DNA of 64,000 bases from the IMG/VR virus record IMGVR_UViG_3300029288_000071, positions 32,001-96,000 of that record; one strand, given 5' to 3'. Below the pieces are notes generated by a model. The model was not told where the DNA came from. It saw only the letters and a list, made by a program, of their open reading frames with translations, and did no database searches. This stretch comes from a virus. Taxonomy: Duplodnaviria; Caudoviricetes. Numbering within the stretch: the first letter of the stretch is position 1; every line of letters starts with the position of its first letter. A program made the translations under genes and the position numbers. Shown one piece after another: positions 11,194-22,115 of the stretch.

Positions 11194-11511
11194 TTAGCAA
11201 CTCCTTGTTCCACAATAAATTTTTATTTTTTCTGTGAAACCCAAATCTTTTAAAGTTTGAGTTAACTTTTCAATATTTATTTCATCTATTTCCATTTCTT
11301 TACCTTCAAAAGCATCCTCACCATCTACAATAACTTTTCCAATAAAGCAATATGATCCATCATCAGTTAAAATTTCTAGCTTTGTTTTTTCTATTTTTTG
11401 TATAAATTCATCAAAGTCATCATCTTCATTTTTTGATAATTGATGCTTTATTCCAAGAATAGCAAAAGATGATGAACTACTATTTGATATAAATCCATTT
11501 CTTGCTTTCAT
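11194..11511 (-). CDS. SNSSS-leader protein
   Basis: MKARNGFISNSSSSSF N terminus. Confidence 0.75.
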   Translation of the reverse strand: MKARNGFISNSSSSSFAILGIKHQLSKNEDDDFDEFIQKIEKTKLEILTDDGSYCFIGKVIVDGEDAFEGKEMEIDEINIEKLTQTLKDLGFTEKIKIYCGTRSC

Positions 11512-11931
11512 AATTATTTCCTAAGAGATATTTGGAACTTACAATTCTAATAAATCAAGTACATATTCATTGCATTTCATTTTCGTATTTCTCTATAAAT
11601 AAATAAAACAGGCCACAACAACAATAGAAGTATAGAAACTATTGCTATTAAATGTTTATTACTCTGTTCATGAGTATTACTTGCAGCACTAAAGATTAGA
11701 GCGACAATAGTGCCAATACAAAGATAGATAACTATACCAAAAGCTATAATAAAATTGTTCATAATGAAATTGCTTTTCCTCTTTTTTGATTACAATGAGG
11801 GCAAACTTCAAATACCCATTTAGTTTTACCACATTCACAAATTGTATTCTCAGGACATCCAATACTACATTCATAAACATGAATGTCTTCAAAGCATTTT
11901 TCAAATGGAATTTTTCCATCAGAACTCCATC

Positions 11932-13002
11932 TTATACTTCGTAAATCGGACATTCTCTATTCCTTTTTAATAGACTATTTCTAAATTCAACTGTTTTTGG
12001 ATTAAACCAAACATCTTTACTAAAATCAGTTTCTGAAGTAATCTGTAATCCTTCTTCCCAATTTTGACATCCTTCACAAAAAGAACAAGGACTGTATTTT
12101 CCCTCTACATTAATATATGCAGAGAACAAAGAAGATTCACATCTTTCAGATATTTGTAATAATTGCTTTTCATTTTCTAGTCCAACAATACTATTATCAA
12201 ATTTAACTGCAGAACAACTATCAAAACCAAAATTGATATCATTTTTTAAACAATATTCTACTAATGATTTAAATTGTTCATTAGTAACAGAAGTATAGTT
12301 ATTCTGAATAGCTCTTCCTTTTTTCTTTAAACTTAAAAATACTATTGCATTTAATTTAGATAAGCGAGTATCAGTTTTAATATCTTTCAAAACTTTAAAT
12401 GCTTCATCATACGTCTGTTGAGATAGAAAATAATGTATATTTGTTTGTTTTAATCCTTTATCAGATAACATTTTTACAGCATTATAACATTCATCAATAT
12501 CATAATATGAAACAGCACAAGCACCAATATACTTTAACATTTCATCAGCTTGATTTTCTGTTATTCGTCCATTAATAGTGATGTTGGGAATTAATCCAAT
12601 TTCTCGAGTATACTTTAGAATTTCAAATAATTCTGGATTGCCTGAAATATCTCCAATTCCATAAGCTACTTGACAAATTGAATGTTTTACTTTTGGTAAG
12701 ATTATTTTAACTTGCTCTAAAGACATGTTTTTGCCTAATGCTTTATTGTCTTTATAGCAAAATTTGCAACCCCTTTTACAGACTTCAGAAATTTCCATAT
12801 CAAGAATTTCAGGACCAAACATTGAAAATTCTGGATCTTGTTCTTTTGTATTACCCCATCTCTGAAAGAATCCATTTCTTTTATCAAAAGTATAATTGTA
12901 ATTTTTACTTTTAACAATTTTCATTTTATCAGTATCAATAACAAGAAATTTTTCCAAAAACAACTCCTTTTCTACAAACGTTTTTTTATTTAATATCATC
13001 AA
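11932..13002 (-). CDS. radical SAM protein with C-terminal SPASM/twitch-like Cys motif
   Basis: CKRGCKFC (CxxxCxxC); CESSLFSAYINVEGKYSPCSF...CP. Confidence 0.9.
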   Translation of the reverse strand: MMILNKKTFVEKELFLEKFLVIDTDKMKIVKSKNYNYTFDKRNGFFQRWGNTKEQDPEFSMFGPEILDMEISEVCKRGCKFCYKDNKALGKNMSLEQVKIILPKVKHSICQVAYGIGDISGNPELFEILKYTREIGLIPNITINGRITENQADEMLKYIGACAVSYYDIDECYNAVKMLSDKGLKQTNIHYFLSQQTYDEAFKVLKDIKTDTRLSKLNAIVFLSLKKKGRAIQNNYTSVTNEQFKSLVEYCLKNDINFGFDSCSAVKFDNSIVGLENEKQLLQISERCESSLFSAYINVEGKYSPCSFCEGCQNWEEGLQITSETDFSKDVWFNPKTVEFRNSLLKRNRECPIYEV

Positions 13003-13008
13003 AAAATT

Positions 13009-13551
13009 TCATAATTTTATAAAAGGGCCTTCAGAATCTCGTTTAGAAAGTATGGGAGGCTTTATTGTAATATTCCAATCAATATTTAATTTTGGATCAT
13101 TCCAAGCTACAGTAAATTGTTTTTCTTGTCCTTCATAATAAGTTGATTGTTTATAATGAAATATACAATGTGAAGACATACAATAATGACCATTTGCAAA
13201 CAAAGGTGGAATTAAAACTTGATGGTTGTTAGTTTCATTTAAGATAAACTCTTGATATTGACCATAAGTTTTTGAAGTTTGATTACAATCAACAATAATA
13301 AGTTTGAACTCACCATGTAAACATGAAACTAATTTCCAAGTAGTTTGATCTCCATGTAATCCTCTTAAAACATTCCATCTTGAATATGAAATATCATCTT
13401 GAACAAACTTAATTTGTGGAATATTTAATTGTGATAAAATATCAACAAAATCACTTTCATTAAATGTTTCAACATATTTTCCACGATGATCAATAAATTG
13501 TTTGGGCTTAATTAATAAAGCATTTTTAAATATAGTTTTTTCAAAGTTCAT
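13009..13551 (-). CDS. rfbC: dTDP-4-dehydrorhamnose 3,5-epimerase
   Basis: DHRGKYVE, FVQDDISYS, VLRGLH, FANGH, WNDP. Confidence 0.9.
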   Translation of the reverse strand: MNFEKTIFKNALLIKPKQFIDHRGKYVETFNESDFVDILSQLNIPQIKFVQDDISYSRWNVLRGLHGDQTTWKLVSCLHGEFKLIIVDCNQTSKTYGQYQEFILNETNNHQVLIPPLFANGHYCMSSHCIFHYKQSTYYEGQEKQFTVAWNDPKLNIDWNITIKPPILSKRDSEGPFIKL

Positions 13552-14533
13552 TTATTATTTTCCAAAGCTTCAGCTTGAATTTTAAGATCTTTTACTAAAA
13601 TGTGTTTTCTAAGTTGTTCATATTGTTTTTTAGTAACAAATTTCTTTTCATCATACCATTGAGTAATATCATAAAGCATTGCTAATTTTGAAAAATGACC
13701 AGATTTCTTTGTATCAAGTGCAGTTTTAAGTTCTTCATCAGTTACTAATTGAAAGAATAATTGAAGAGTTTGTTCTTCATCTGGAGTTAACTGTACTTTT
13801 TCAGTTAATCCAGGTTTAGATTTGAATGGATCAAATGGCGGATAAGAAACAGTATTTTTAGTTTTTTGTCTCATCATTTTTTACTTTAGTACATAAGTAA
13901 TTAATGACCGGTTGTAAACTTCTAGGATTTTTATTTATTTCGCAATTTAACACATCACATCTATGTCCAGTTGAGGACGTCCAATAATAATTCCCATGAG
14001 AATCTTCATGGGGAACATAATCAGTAGGTTCTTCAGGTAATATATGTTCCATAACTTAAGCATTTATTTTGTATTATAAATTTCTGAATAGATAGATTTT
14101 AAATTATCATCAAGATCAAGAATTTCAAATTCATAAAAACGAGGAGATAAATATTTTAAATCTCCAGAAAAAGATCTTGGCACAAATTTTTCTTCATCAA
14201 CATTCTCATAACATTTAATTGCAACTTCAATTGATTTACTCCAAACTGCCCAAATACAATTTTCCCAATCACAATTGCCATCTTTTTTTGCTGCTTTTTC
14301 TAATTCTTCTTTAATTTTGTCAAAGGGAACTACTATTCCAAAAAATTCTTTGCTTTTATCTTGAATTTCAGTAGCTTTTACTAAATGTCCTGCTAGAAAT
14401 TTATCAAAACTTTTAGAAGCTTTAATATCAGTTCGATTCAAAATTGCAGGGTGTCTAAAACCTCTTCTACTCATTTTTTGTTTTCTTTCTAATTTATTTA
14501 ATGTTCATTTAACAGTAAACAACTTTAGATAAA

Positions 14534-14971
14534 TTATTTTTTAACTCGTTCAATTTGCAATTTTCCATCAGGGAAAACAATAATTAAAGGCTTTCTATGT
14601 TTTCGAGCAGCTCTAATTGTTGACCAAGTTCCTGATCTAAGTTTTTCTTTAGATTCAGCTGGAGTTGCTATCATTAAATCTGATTCAACAACTATGTCTT
14701 TATTTCTAATCAAATATTCTTTTGTATCAAGAATTTTATCACCAGGGCAGAATGCTCGTAAAGTAGAGTTTGTTGGAGGGTGAACTACTATAATGACATC
14801 ATCTTTTAGATTGTTTCGGACAAAAAAGTGAAAATCAGTATCGGCTCCAAAACAATCTCCATGATGGACTTCTTCTATTTTATGACCAGATAAACTTGAA
14901 AATACTTTGGCCATAGCTTTATTTTGTGCAAAAGTGAAACCTTGTCGATTCCCTGTAAATCCTATCTTCAT
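14534..14971 (-). CDS. SLOG-superfamily protein
   Basis: IGFTG.R, HHGDCFGAD, RNKDIV, RSGTWSTI. Confidence 0.75.
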   Translation of the reverse strand: MKIGFTGNRQGFTFAQNKAMAKVFSSLSGHKIEEVHHGDCFGADTDFHFFVRNNLKDDVIIVVHPPTNSTLRAFCPGDKILDTKEYLIRNKDIVVESDLMIATPAESKEKLRSGTWSTIRAARKHRKPLIIVFPDGKLQIERVKK

Positions 14972-15063
14972 GACTTTTGCTCCAATTATCTTTTATTAAT
15001 TTGTTATAGATAATTTAATACTTAACAACTTAACAGTAAATAACTGGCCAAAATAAACTCTAT

Positions 15064-15303
15064 TCAAAGGTAGTATTTAGCATATCTTTGATTGGTTAAA
15101 TCCTTCTTTAGAACTGATTTAATCGGATAGTTATCATCTTTCATTTCAGAAATTCGGGCTGCAAGACGTCTGATTTTATAGACTTCTTGGGCTTCTACTT
15201 GAGAAATTCCACGAATTTTAAGATGTTCTAAAATGACATATTTTTGAGTACCTATTGGATAAATATTAAGTATTTTTGATTTCTTTTTCATTTTTTCTTC
15301 CAC
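15064..15303 (-). CDS. small HTH protein
   Basis: ISQVEA...RLAARISEMK...YAKYYL. Confidence 0.7.
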   Translation of the reverse strand: MEEKMKKKSKILNIYPIGTQKYVILEHLKIRGISQVEAQEVYKIRRLAARISEMKDDNYPIKSVLKKDLTNQRYAKYYL

Positions 15304-15788
15304 AATATTTCTGTTCTTCTATTGTATTTTCTATTTGTTTCTATATCATTTAAAGCTACAGGTTGTTTTGCTCCAAAACCTTCACCAGAAATAGTACCAA
15401 GACACTTATACTTTGATAATAATTCACATACATTATTTGCTCTTTTATTGGAGAGTTTTAAATTAGTTATTTCTAATCCTGAATTATCAGTATGACCTTT
15501 TACAATTACTATTGATGCTAAATTATGTTGAGCTACATATAGAACTACATTAGAATCTAAAATCTCACTTGAATTAATTTCAAAATATATAATAGAAATA
15601 GTATCAATTAATTTTTGAGATTTAGATGTTTCTAAGTCTCTAATTTTTTTTAAAATTGGATCTTCATATTTATAGTAAGTTTCAGGAGTAGGATCTACTT
15701 CATTAATAAATGCTAAATATAAGAAGTAACCTAAAATAAGTCCAAGAATAGAAAATATTATAATTTGTTGAGTTAATTTTTTATTCAT
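15288..15788 (-). CDS. OmpA-family peptidoglycan-binding membrane protein
   Basis: N-terminal TM; GHTDNSG, NLKLSNKRA, GFG, NRRTEI. Confidence 0.85.
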   Translation of the reverse strand: MNKKLTQQIIIFSILGLILGYFLYLAFINEVDPTPETYYKYEDPILKKIRDLETSKSQKLIDTISIIYFEINSSEILDSNVVLYVAQHNLASIVIVKGHTDNSGLEITNLKLSNKRANNVCELLSKYKCLGTISGEGFGAKQPVALNDIETNRKYNRRTEILWKKK

Positions 15789-16441
15789 TTTTTATCAAAG
15801 ATAGTAATAGAAGCAGATGTAGAAGCAATATTTTCTTCTACTTTCTTCAAATCTTTTTTAATATCTTTGTTAAGAAGTTGTTTCATTCTCATCTGTCCTG
15901 CTTTTTCTACATGAGAGTGTTTTATATTTTGTTCTACTTCAGTAGCTTCAGCTTTTAGTTTAATTTGTTCTTTAAGCTTAAAAACTTCATCATAAACTTC
16001 ATTTCGCCGATTTACTAACATTTCTATTAATTCAAGTGCAGAATCAGGATAATTTGTTTTTGCTCCAAAAGCTTCATCCCAATCACCTACATCAAAATTT
16101 GCAGCTGAAAGATTACTATCCATTATTGTAACATCATAATCAATAGTAATTCCTTTAGTTTTAAGATATTTTTTGATTTCTTGATTATTCATAAACCCAT
16201 ACCAATTAACAAGAATAACAAATTTATCTAAAAACTTATTAAGTTTTGCTTCATTATCAGGAGCTGGATATCCTTGTTTCCAAAATATCATGTCAGAAAC
16301 TGCTTCAAATTCTTTTGGTGGGCGGTTAAAAACTTTATCGAAGATACTTCTTAAAGCTTTGAAAATTGTTCTACGAGAATATTGATCTTTTTTGAGGTCG
16401 GCTATTTCGTCTACATTTTTCTCATATTTTTTTGTGTCCAT
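15785..16441 (-). CDS. hypothetical protein
   Basis: 218-aa ORF. Confidence 0.65.
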   Translation of the reverse strand: MDTKKYEKNVDEIADLKKDQYSRRTIFKALRSIFDKVFNRPPKEFEAVSDMIFWKQGYPAPDNEAKLNKFLDKFVILVNWYGFMNNQEIKKYLKTKGITIDYDVTIMDSNLSAANFDVGDWDEAFGAKTNYPDSALELIEMLVNRRNEVYDEVFKLKEQIKLKAEATEVEQNIKHSHVEKAGQMRMKQLLNKDIKKDLKKVEENIASTSASITIFDKK

Positions 16442-16454
16442 AAATCTTTCTGGT

Positions 16455-16945
16455 TTAGTTTGTTGATCTTTCTAATATTAAAATTCTTCCATCGGATTCA
16501 AATTCATCTACAAAATCTTTTAAAATACTTGAAAAATTTGAATCTTCTTCCCATCTTGCAATTATAGAATTATCTGGAAGATCTTTAATTAACCTATATT
16601 GCTTATTCTTGCATGTCTTACACTATCAAGATCATCACATATAGTTTCAATTTCATCAAGTTTCTGCATCAATTTTGTATCAAATCTATACTTTGATATT
16701 TTTGCTAGTTTTTCTTTTAAAAATTTTTCATCTTTCAGTAGAACTTTTTGTTCTTTTAAAAGATCTTCTTTACGATTTTTTACAGTGTCTCTAAAGATTT
16801 CTAATTGTGAAGAATGAGCAGTATTAGTAATTCTTTTTAAAATAAATTCAAAAGTTTTAAAAGATAAATCTTTTGGTTCTGGTTTAAAACAAACCATAAA
16901 TGATGTAGTACTACTATTACTAACAAAACCTTTTCTAGTTTTCAT
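16455..16945 (-). pseudogene. SNSSS-leader protein, apparently frameshifted near 16600
   Basis: MKTRKGFVSNSSTTSF ORF stops at 16589; a coding-like frame LIKDLPDNSIIARWEED...ERSTN* continues to 16455. Confidence 0.5.
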
Positions 16946-17151
16946 AAAATTTTCATGTGTTTTTTAAAATGTTTTTCTAAATCTTTTTTATCCCAATTGA
17001 AAATGTCTTTGTCAGAAATATGTTGTACTTTATAAGATTTTTTGTTTACTTTAAGAACTCTATATTTACAACCACAATCTTCTAGAAGAATAGTATCTTT
17101 TTTGATTTTCATTTTAATTTAATACTTAAGATTTTCAATGTAAACAAAAAC

Positions 17152-19089
17152 TTAAGATATTTTTATTCCTGTAATCTTTTCAAAATCTTTTTCAGAAATA
17201 GCTTGAACATTAAGTTGATTTGCTTTTGTCAATTTAGAACCGGGATCTATACCGACGATTAAGTAATCAAGATTCTTATTAACTCCGGCTATTTTTCCGC
17301 CATTATCAGTAATTATTTTTTCAACTTCAGTTCTTTTCTTACTTAATGTTCCAGTAATACAAAAAGTTTTTCCTGTTAAGTTACCAGCAACTGGAGCTGC
17401 TGGTTCTTCAATTTCAATATAAGGAAGAACTTGTTTAATAAATGTTTGTTTGTCTGAGAGTCCTTCATAAATTGCATCTCCAGTTTTTGGGCCTACAATA
17501 AGTTTTAATTGAGTTAAGTCAAAATTTTTGTCAATTAAATCATCAAAATCTATAGTTTCAAGAACTTTAGAAAATGTTCTTTCTCCAGCTCCTGTGATTC
17601 CTAATGATTTAAGAAATTTGCTTTTTGAAATTTTGATGTTATGTAATTGATCCCAAAGTGATGCAGATTGAGTAGGACCAAAACCAACTTTAGCAAAATC
17701 TTCAACACTAATTTCAAATAGATCTTTAGAATCAAGTATTCCTGAATCTACAAGCATTTCAATTGATTTAACTGAAAATCCTTCTATTTCAAGACATCTA
17801 AAAAAGTGTAAAAGAGTTGCAGCTATTTGTGAAGGGCAACTAGAATTTAAGCAAATTAAATGAGCACCTTGATGTTTAATAATTGGTGATGAACAAGAAG
17901 GACAGTGGTTCGGAATATTTAATCTTCGATTTTTAGGGCGAGAAACTACTGAAACTAATTTTGGAATAATTTCATTTGCTTTTTCAATTAATACTGTATC
18001 TCCAATTGCAACATCATTACTTTTGATATAATCAATATTATTTAAAGTTACTCTTCTTACAGATGTTCCAGCTATTTGAACTTCTTTAACTTGCATTACA
18101 GGAACAATTTTTCCTGTCCTAGTTGTTGACCATTCAATATCTAAAACTTCAGTTTCTTTTTTATCCGTTTCAAATTTATAAGCAAGAGCTCCTTTTGGAG
18201 TATAATCTTTAATTCCATAACTATTGAATTCTTTTTTGTTATTTACCCAAAATACAATTCCATCTAAATCATAATGAGATTTTTGTCTAAATTCTGTAAA
18301 ATATTGAATTGCTTCATCAACTAAAATTATATCTTTTGTTGATAACATTTTATATTCTACTACTTCAAATCCGAGATCTTTAAGGAGAATCAACTCGTCT
18401 TCTTTATTACGGTTAATTGTAGATTCATCAAATAAAATATATGAAACAAAACTTAAATTTCTTTGTCCTGTAATTTTTGCTTCTTTTTGTTTGAGAGAAC
18501 CTGATGCATAATTTCTGGGATTCTTGAAAGGTTCAGTTCTTCCAGCTAATTTTTGTATTTCTTTTTCATTTTCATAAAACCACTTGTTATCTACATAAAT
18601 TTCTCCACGAATTTCAATTTTACTATTTAGTGGAACAGGTGAATTTATTTTTTTTGGAATATTTTTGATAAATTTAACATTATCAAGAACATTTTCTCCA
18701 ATTAATCCGTTTCCTCTAGTTACAGCTTTACTCAAATTATAAATTCCACCATAATATTCGTATGTAAGTGAAAGAGAGCAACCATCAATTTTGGGCATTG
18801 CAACTAAAGTTTTGCCAGTATATTCATCATAAATTTCTTCTGGAGTATGACATTTCAAAAGACTTCCCATTGGAAATTCATGTTTCAATTTTTCACCAAA
18901 AGTGCTTTCACCAAGTTCAGAAAAAACTGAATTATTAGGATCTAATTTTTTCAGTTCTTTGACAAGATTATCATATTCAAAATCTGAAATTTCTGGTGAG
19001 TCTTGATTATAATACAAATCATTATGATGTCTGATTTGTTTTACTAAATCATCAATGATGGGAGAATTTAACATTGTTTTATTGGCCAT
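17152..19089 (-). CDS. ligA: NAD-dependent DNA ligase
   Basis: YY..ISDFEYD, KIDG, RGE, NPRN, DGIV, Zn finger, BRCT. Confidence 0.95.
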   Translation of the reverse strand: MANKTMLNSPIIDDLVKQIRHHNDLYYNQDSPEISDFEYDNLVKELKKLDPNNSVFSELGESTFGEKLKHEFPMGSLLKCHTPEEIYDEYTGKTLVAMPKIDGCSLSLTYEYYGGIYNLSKAVTRGNGLIGENVLDNVKFIKNIPKKINSPVPLNSKIEIRGEIYVDNKWFYENEKEIQKLAGRTEPFKNPRNYASGSLKQKEAKITGQRNLSFVSYILFDESTINRNKEDELILLKDLGFEVVEYKMLSTKDIILVDEAIQYFTEFRQKSHYDLDGIVFWVNNKKEFNSYGIKDYTPKGALAYKFETDKKETEVLDIEWSTTRTGKIVPVMQVKEVQIAGTSVRRVTLNNIDYIKSNDVAIGDTVLIEKANEIIPKLVSVVSRPKNRRLNIPNHCPSCSSPIIKHQGAHLICLNSSCPSQIAATLLHFFRCLEIEGFSVKSIEMLVDSGILDSKDLFEISVEDFAKVGFGPTQSASLWDQLHNIKISKSKFLKSLGITGAGERTFSKVLETIDFDDLIDKNFDLTQLKLIVGPKTGDAIYEGLSDKQTFIKQVLPYIEIEEPAAPVAGNLTGKTFCITGTLSKKRTEVEKIITDNGGKIAGVNKNLDYLIVGIDPGSKLTKANQLNVQAISEKDFEKITGIKIS

Positions 19090-20029
19090 TGAACTACTCC
19101 TTTATAATTGATAAGTATAATTTAATACTTAACAACTTAACAGTAAATATATGGCAGAAATAATTTTTCAGTGTTCTACAATAACAATGAATTCTGTTCC
19201 TTCAGGAGAATTTATCTCATTTATAGAAATAAGTCCATCAAAACCAATTTGTTTAAGCAGATTTTTTATGATTAATTTATTTGATTGTTGGTTCATTGGA
19301 ACAAAAACTGAAAGTTTTTGACCAACTTCTGGAATGTTAATTTGTAGATCTGAGATTATTAATAATTGAGAATAGATATCACTTCTAATACTTAAATTTG
19401 GGTGTTTTACAAAAGGAACGCCTGGTTTTACATTCATAACTTCTCCACTTTGAAATTAATTTAAAGACTCTTAAAGTAGAAGGCATTGCTCCTTCTCTTG
19501 ATAAGAAATTTCAATATCGGCATGGCCGCAATCCCAATGCATATTTCCACGCATAAGGATTGTTTCTTATCTGTGCATCTATTTACACCATACTTTAAGA
19601 GTCATAAGTTATTTATGAATTCAAAAACCTCTGGATCATTTATTGTACAACCAATTATCCAGCTTAATTTTTTACATCCAAAATCTTGAACAAAAACAGT
19701 TTTAACTCCATGCTTTACACTTAATTTTTCATTTAATGGAATTTCAAAAATAAATTTGTAAATGTGATGATCCATATCTAAAGGAATTTGTAAAATTGCT
19801 TTAGGAAACAAATCAAATTTTCTTGCTGTTATACAATGGTTCAACACAAATTGATAAAATGAAAGTTTTTCTGAAGAAAAACATCTTTTAAAATCTTCTT
19901 TATTGAATCCATCATATTGTTGAGATTCAGGTTTCATTTTATTTCTGTTTATATCCATATTTTTCCTTTTGTTTTGTTAAGTAAATCTAATACTTAATGG
20001 TGACAAAAGAAATAAGCTGTAAAAATATT

Positions 20030-21322
20030 TCAATTAAGAGCTTTTAGATTGATAAGTGGTTTAATTCTATTTATTATTTCTGCAGTTGGTTCAATAGCTG
20101 CTTCGATTACTGAAGCTGACTTATAAGCATCTGGTGCTTCATCAAGTGTAGCATTAACTACTGAAGTAGAATAAATTTCTTTCATTTGTTCTTTAAAAGT
20201 TTCTAAAGATAAAGTTCTTTTTGCTACACCTCTAGCAAGAACTCTTCCTGCACCATGAGGGGCAGATTCATTCCATTCTTTATTTCCTTTTCCTTTACAA
20301 ATAAGAATGCCATCTCTCATATTAAATGGAATGATCATAACTTCATCTTTATGAGCACTAATTGCTCCTTTTCTAATAATCATATCTTTGAAGTCAATAT
20401 AATTATGTATTGATTCAATTTCTTCATCTATGTTCGCATTTGATATTACTTTGTTAAGTATCAATTTTTGCATTTGTTTTCTATTCCATTTAGCATACTC
20501 TTGTGCAAAAATCATATCTTCTAAATATCCTTGAGCATCTGATTTTATAAGATATTCTAATTCATTTGAAACTTTATCTGCTCTACCATAAATTTTTAAT
20601 CTAGCTAATTTGATATCTTGACTAATTCTTTGTCTAAGTTCAGGAGTAGTTGCATTAGCTTTTATTAAATCAGTAGCTTTTTTCATTTCTAAATCAAGTA
20701 AAGTTTTATCTTTATTTTGTGCAACTTTAGTCCAATAATTTGCAATTTTTAAACCAAAATTTCTAGAACCAGAATGAATAGTTAACCAAATTTTATCTTC
20801 TAAATCTCTTCCTACTTCAATAAAATGATTTCCACCACCTAAAGTACCAATTGAATTACAAGCATATTTAACATTTACATTAATTTGTTTACATTTATCT
20901 TCAAACCATTTCATATTAAAGAGTTCTGTTCCGCTAAATTTATATACTGCTTTATTTGCTTCTTCCCAAGGAAATTCTTTTTCAAAGTTAAGAATAGCTC
21001 TATTATGAATTTCTTGCCCAAAAGGAATATATTTTCTTATTTCAGAATTAATAAGAGCTTTGTTAATATCTTCTACTTTAATTCTAGTAGCTAACATACC
21101 ACAACCAATATCTACTCCAATTGTGTTTGGAATAATTTTATCAGTTAATGGCATTGTAAAACCCACAACACTTCCCTTTCCTGCATGACAATCAGGCATG
21201 ATAACAACTTGATTTGTAAATGCAGGATGATTGATAAATTTTGTAATTTGAGCTATACACTCTTCTTCAACACTATCAATCATAATTTTTGCTGAAGTAT
21301 ATTTTCCGTTTAATGTAAACAT
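20030..21322 (-). CDS. rtcB: RtcB RNA 3'-phosphate/5'-OH ligase
   Basis: MPDCHAG, GVDIGCG, GTLGGGNHFIE, HSGSR, HNY, HGAGR, DEAP.AYK. Confidence 0.95.
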   Translation of the reverse strand: MFTLNGKYTSAKIMIDSVEEECIAQITKFINHPAFTNQVVIMPDCHAGKGSVVGFTMPLTDKIIPNTIGVDIGCGMLATRIKVEDINKALINSEIRKYIPFGQEIHNRAILNFEKEFPWEEANKAVYKFSGTELFNMKWFEDKCKQINVNVKYACNSIGTLGGGNHFIEVGRDLEDKIWLTIHSGSRNFGLKIANYWTKVAQNKDKTLLDLEMKKATDLIKANATTPELRQRISQDIKLARLKIYGRADKVSNELEYLIKSDAQGYLEDMIFAQEYAKWNRKQMQKLILNKVISNANIDEEIESIHNYIDFKDMIIRKGAISAHKDEVMIIPFNMRDGILICKGKGNKEWNESAPHGAGRVLARGVAKRTLSLETFKEQMKEIYSTSVVNATLDEAPDAYKSASVIEAAIEPTAEIINRIKPLINLKALN

Positions 21323-21323
21323 G

Positions 21324-22115
21324 CTATGACCATGATATATTTTTGATTGTTATGTAGTTTTTAAGCTTATCAGGAACAAGTTCATCACTATAAGAGTTTG
21401 TAGTATAAATATGATCAATACCTTCTAAAGGTAAGCCTTTAGAAAATATTCCATGACTGACATAAAGGATAATTTTTTGTGCTCCAGCTTTTTTCAATTC
21501 TTTCGCTAATCCAACAAATGTTCCACCACCATCACATAAATCATCTGCTATTAATACATCTTCTCCATTGACTAATTCAGGCTTTTCAATTTTAAATCCA
21601 GATAATTTTCCAGTTGCCATCTCTCTTACTTTAGAACATTTTACAATAACAGACATTATTCGATTGAGCCATTGAAAAGCTCCTTTATCTGGAGATACAA
21701 GTTTTATTCCTGGATATAAAGCTAGAACTTCATTAATTTGATTTTTGGGCAAAATATTTTTTGCTCTTAAAAGTTTTTCACTAACTTCTGAATGAACATT
21801 AAATAAAGTTATTTTGTTGAAGTTGGCTGAATTGAGAATATCAGTAATTACTTTTAAAGTAAAAGGTTGATTCTCGTCTATTGGACGATCCATCCGAGCA
21901 CCCATAAGATAAGCAATTTCAAGATTCACATAAGAAGCTTTTCTGCGGAGGATTTCATTTAGCTGCATTATGTTAAGTAATTCATCTGAGTTTCTAATAC
22001 TACATCTAATAGTATAATCTGGTGCAGCTACAAGACCTTCAGGAATATTTACATGTGGTTGCCCATCAGGAAACTTGAAAGTTTCAATTTTATGTCCATT
22101 TATAGTTGTTTTCAT
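21324..22115 (-). CDS. ribose-phosphate pyrophosphokinase-like protein (Adps-like)
   Basis: FPDGQ, ARMDR, SPDKGA, DDLCDGGGTF, VSHGIFS. Confidence 0.88.
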   Translation of the reverse strand: MKTTINGHKIETFKFPDGQPHVNIPEGLVAAPDYTIRCSIRNSDELLNIMQLNEILRRKASYVNLEIAYLMGARMDRPIDENQPFTLKVITDILNSANFNKITLFNVHSEVSEKLLRAKNILPKNQINEVLALYPGIKLVSPDKGAFQWLNRIMSVIVKCSKVREMATGKLSGFKIEKPELVNGEDVLIADDLCDGGGTFVGLAKELKKAGAQKIILYVSHGIFSKGLPLEGIDHIYTTNSYSDELVPDKLKNYITIKNISWS

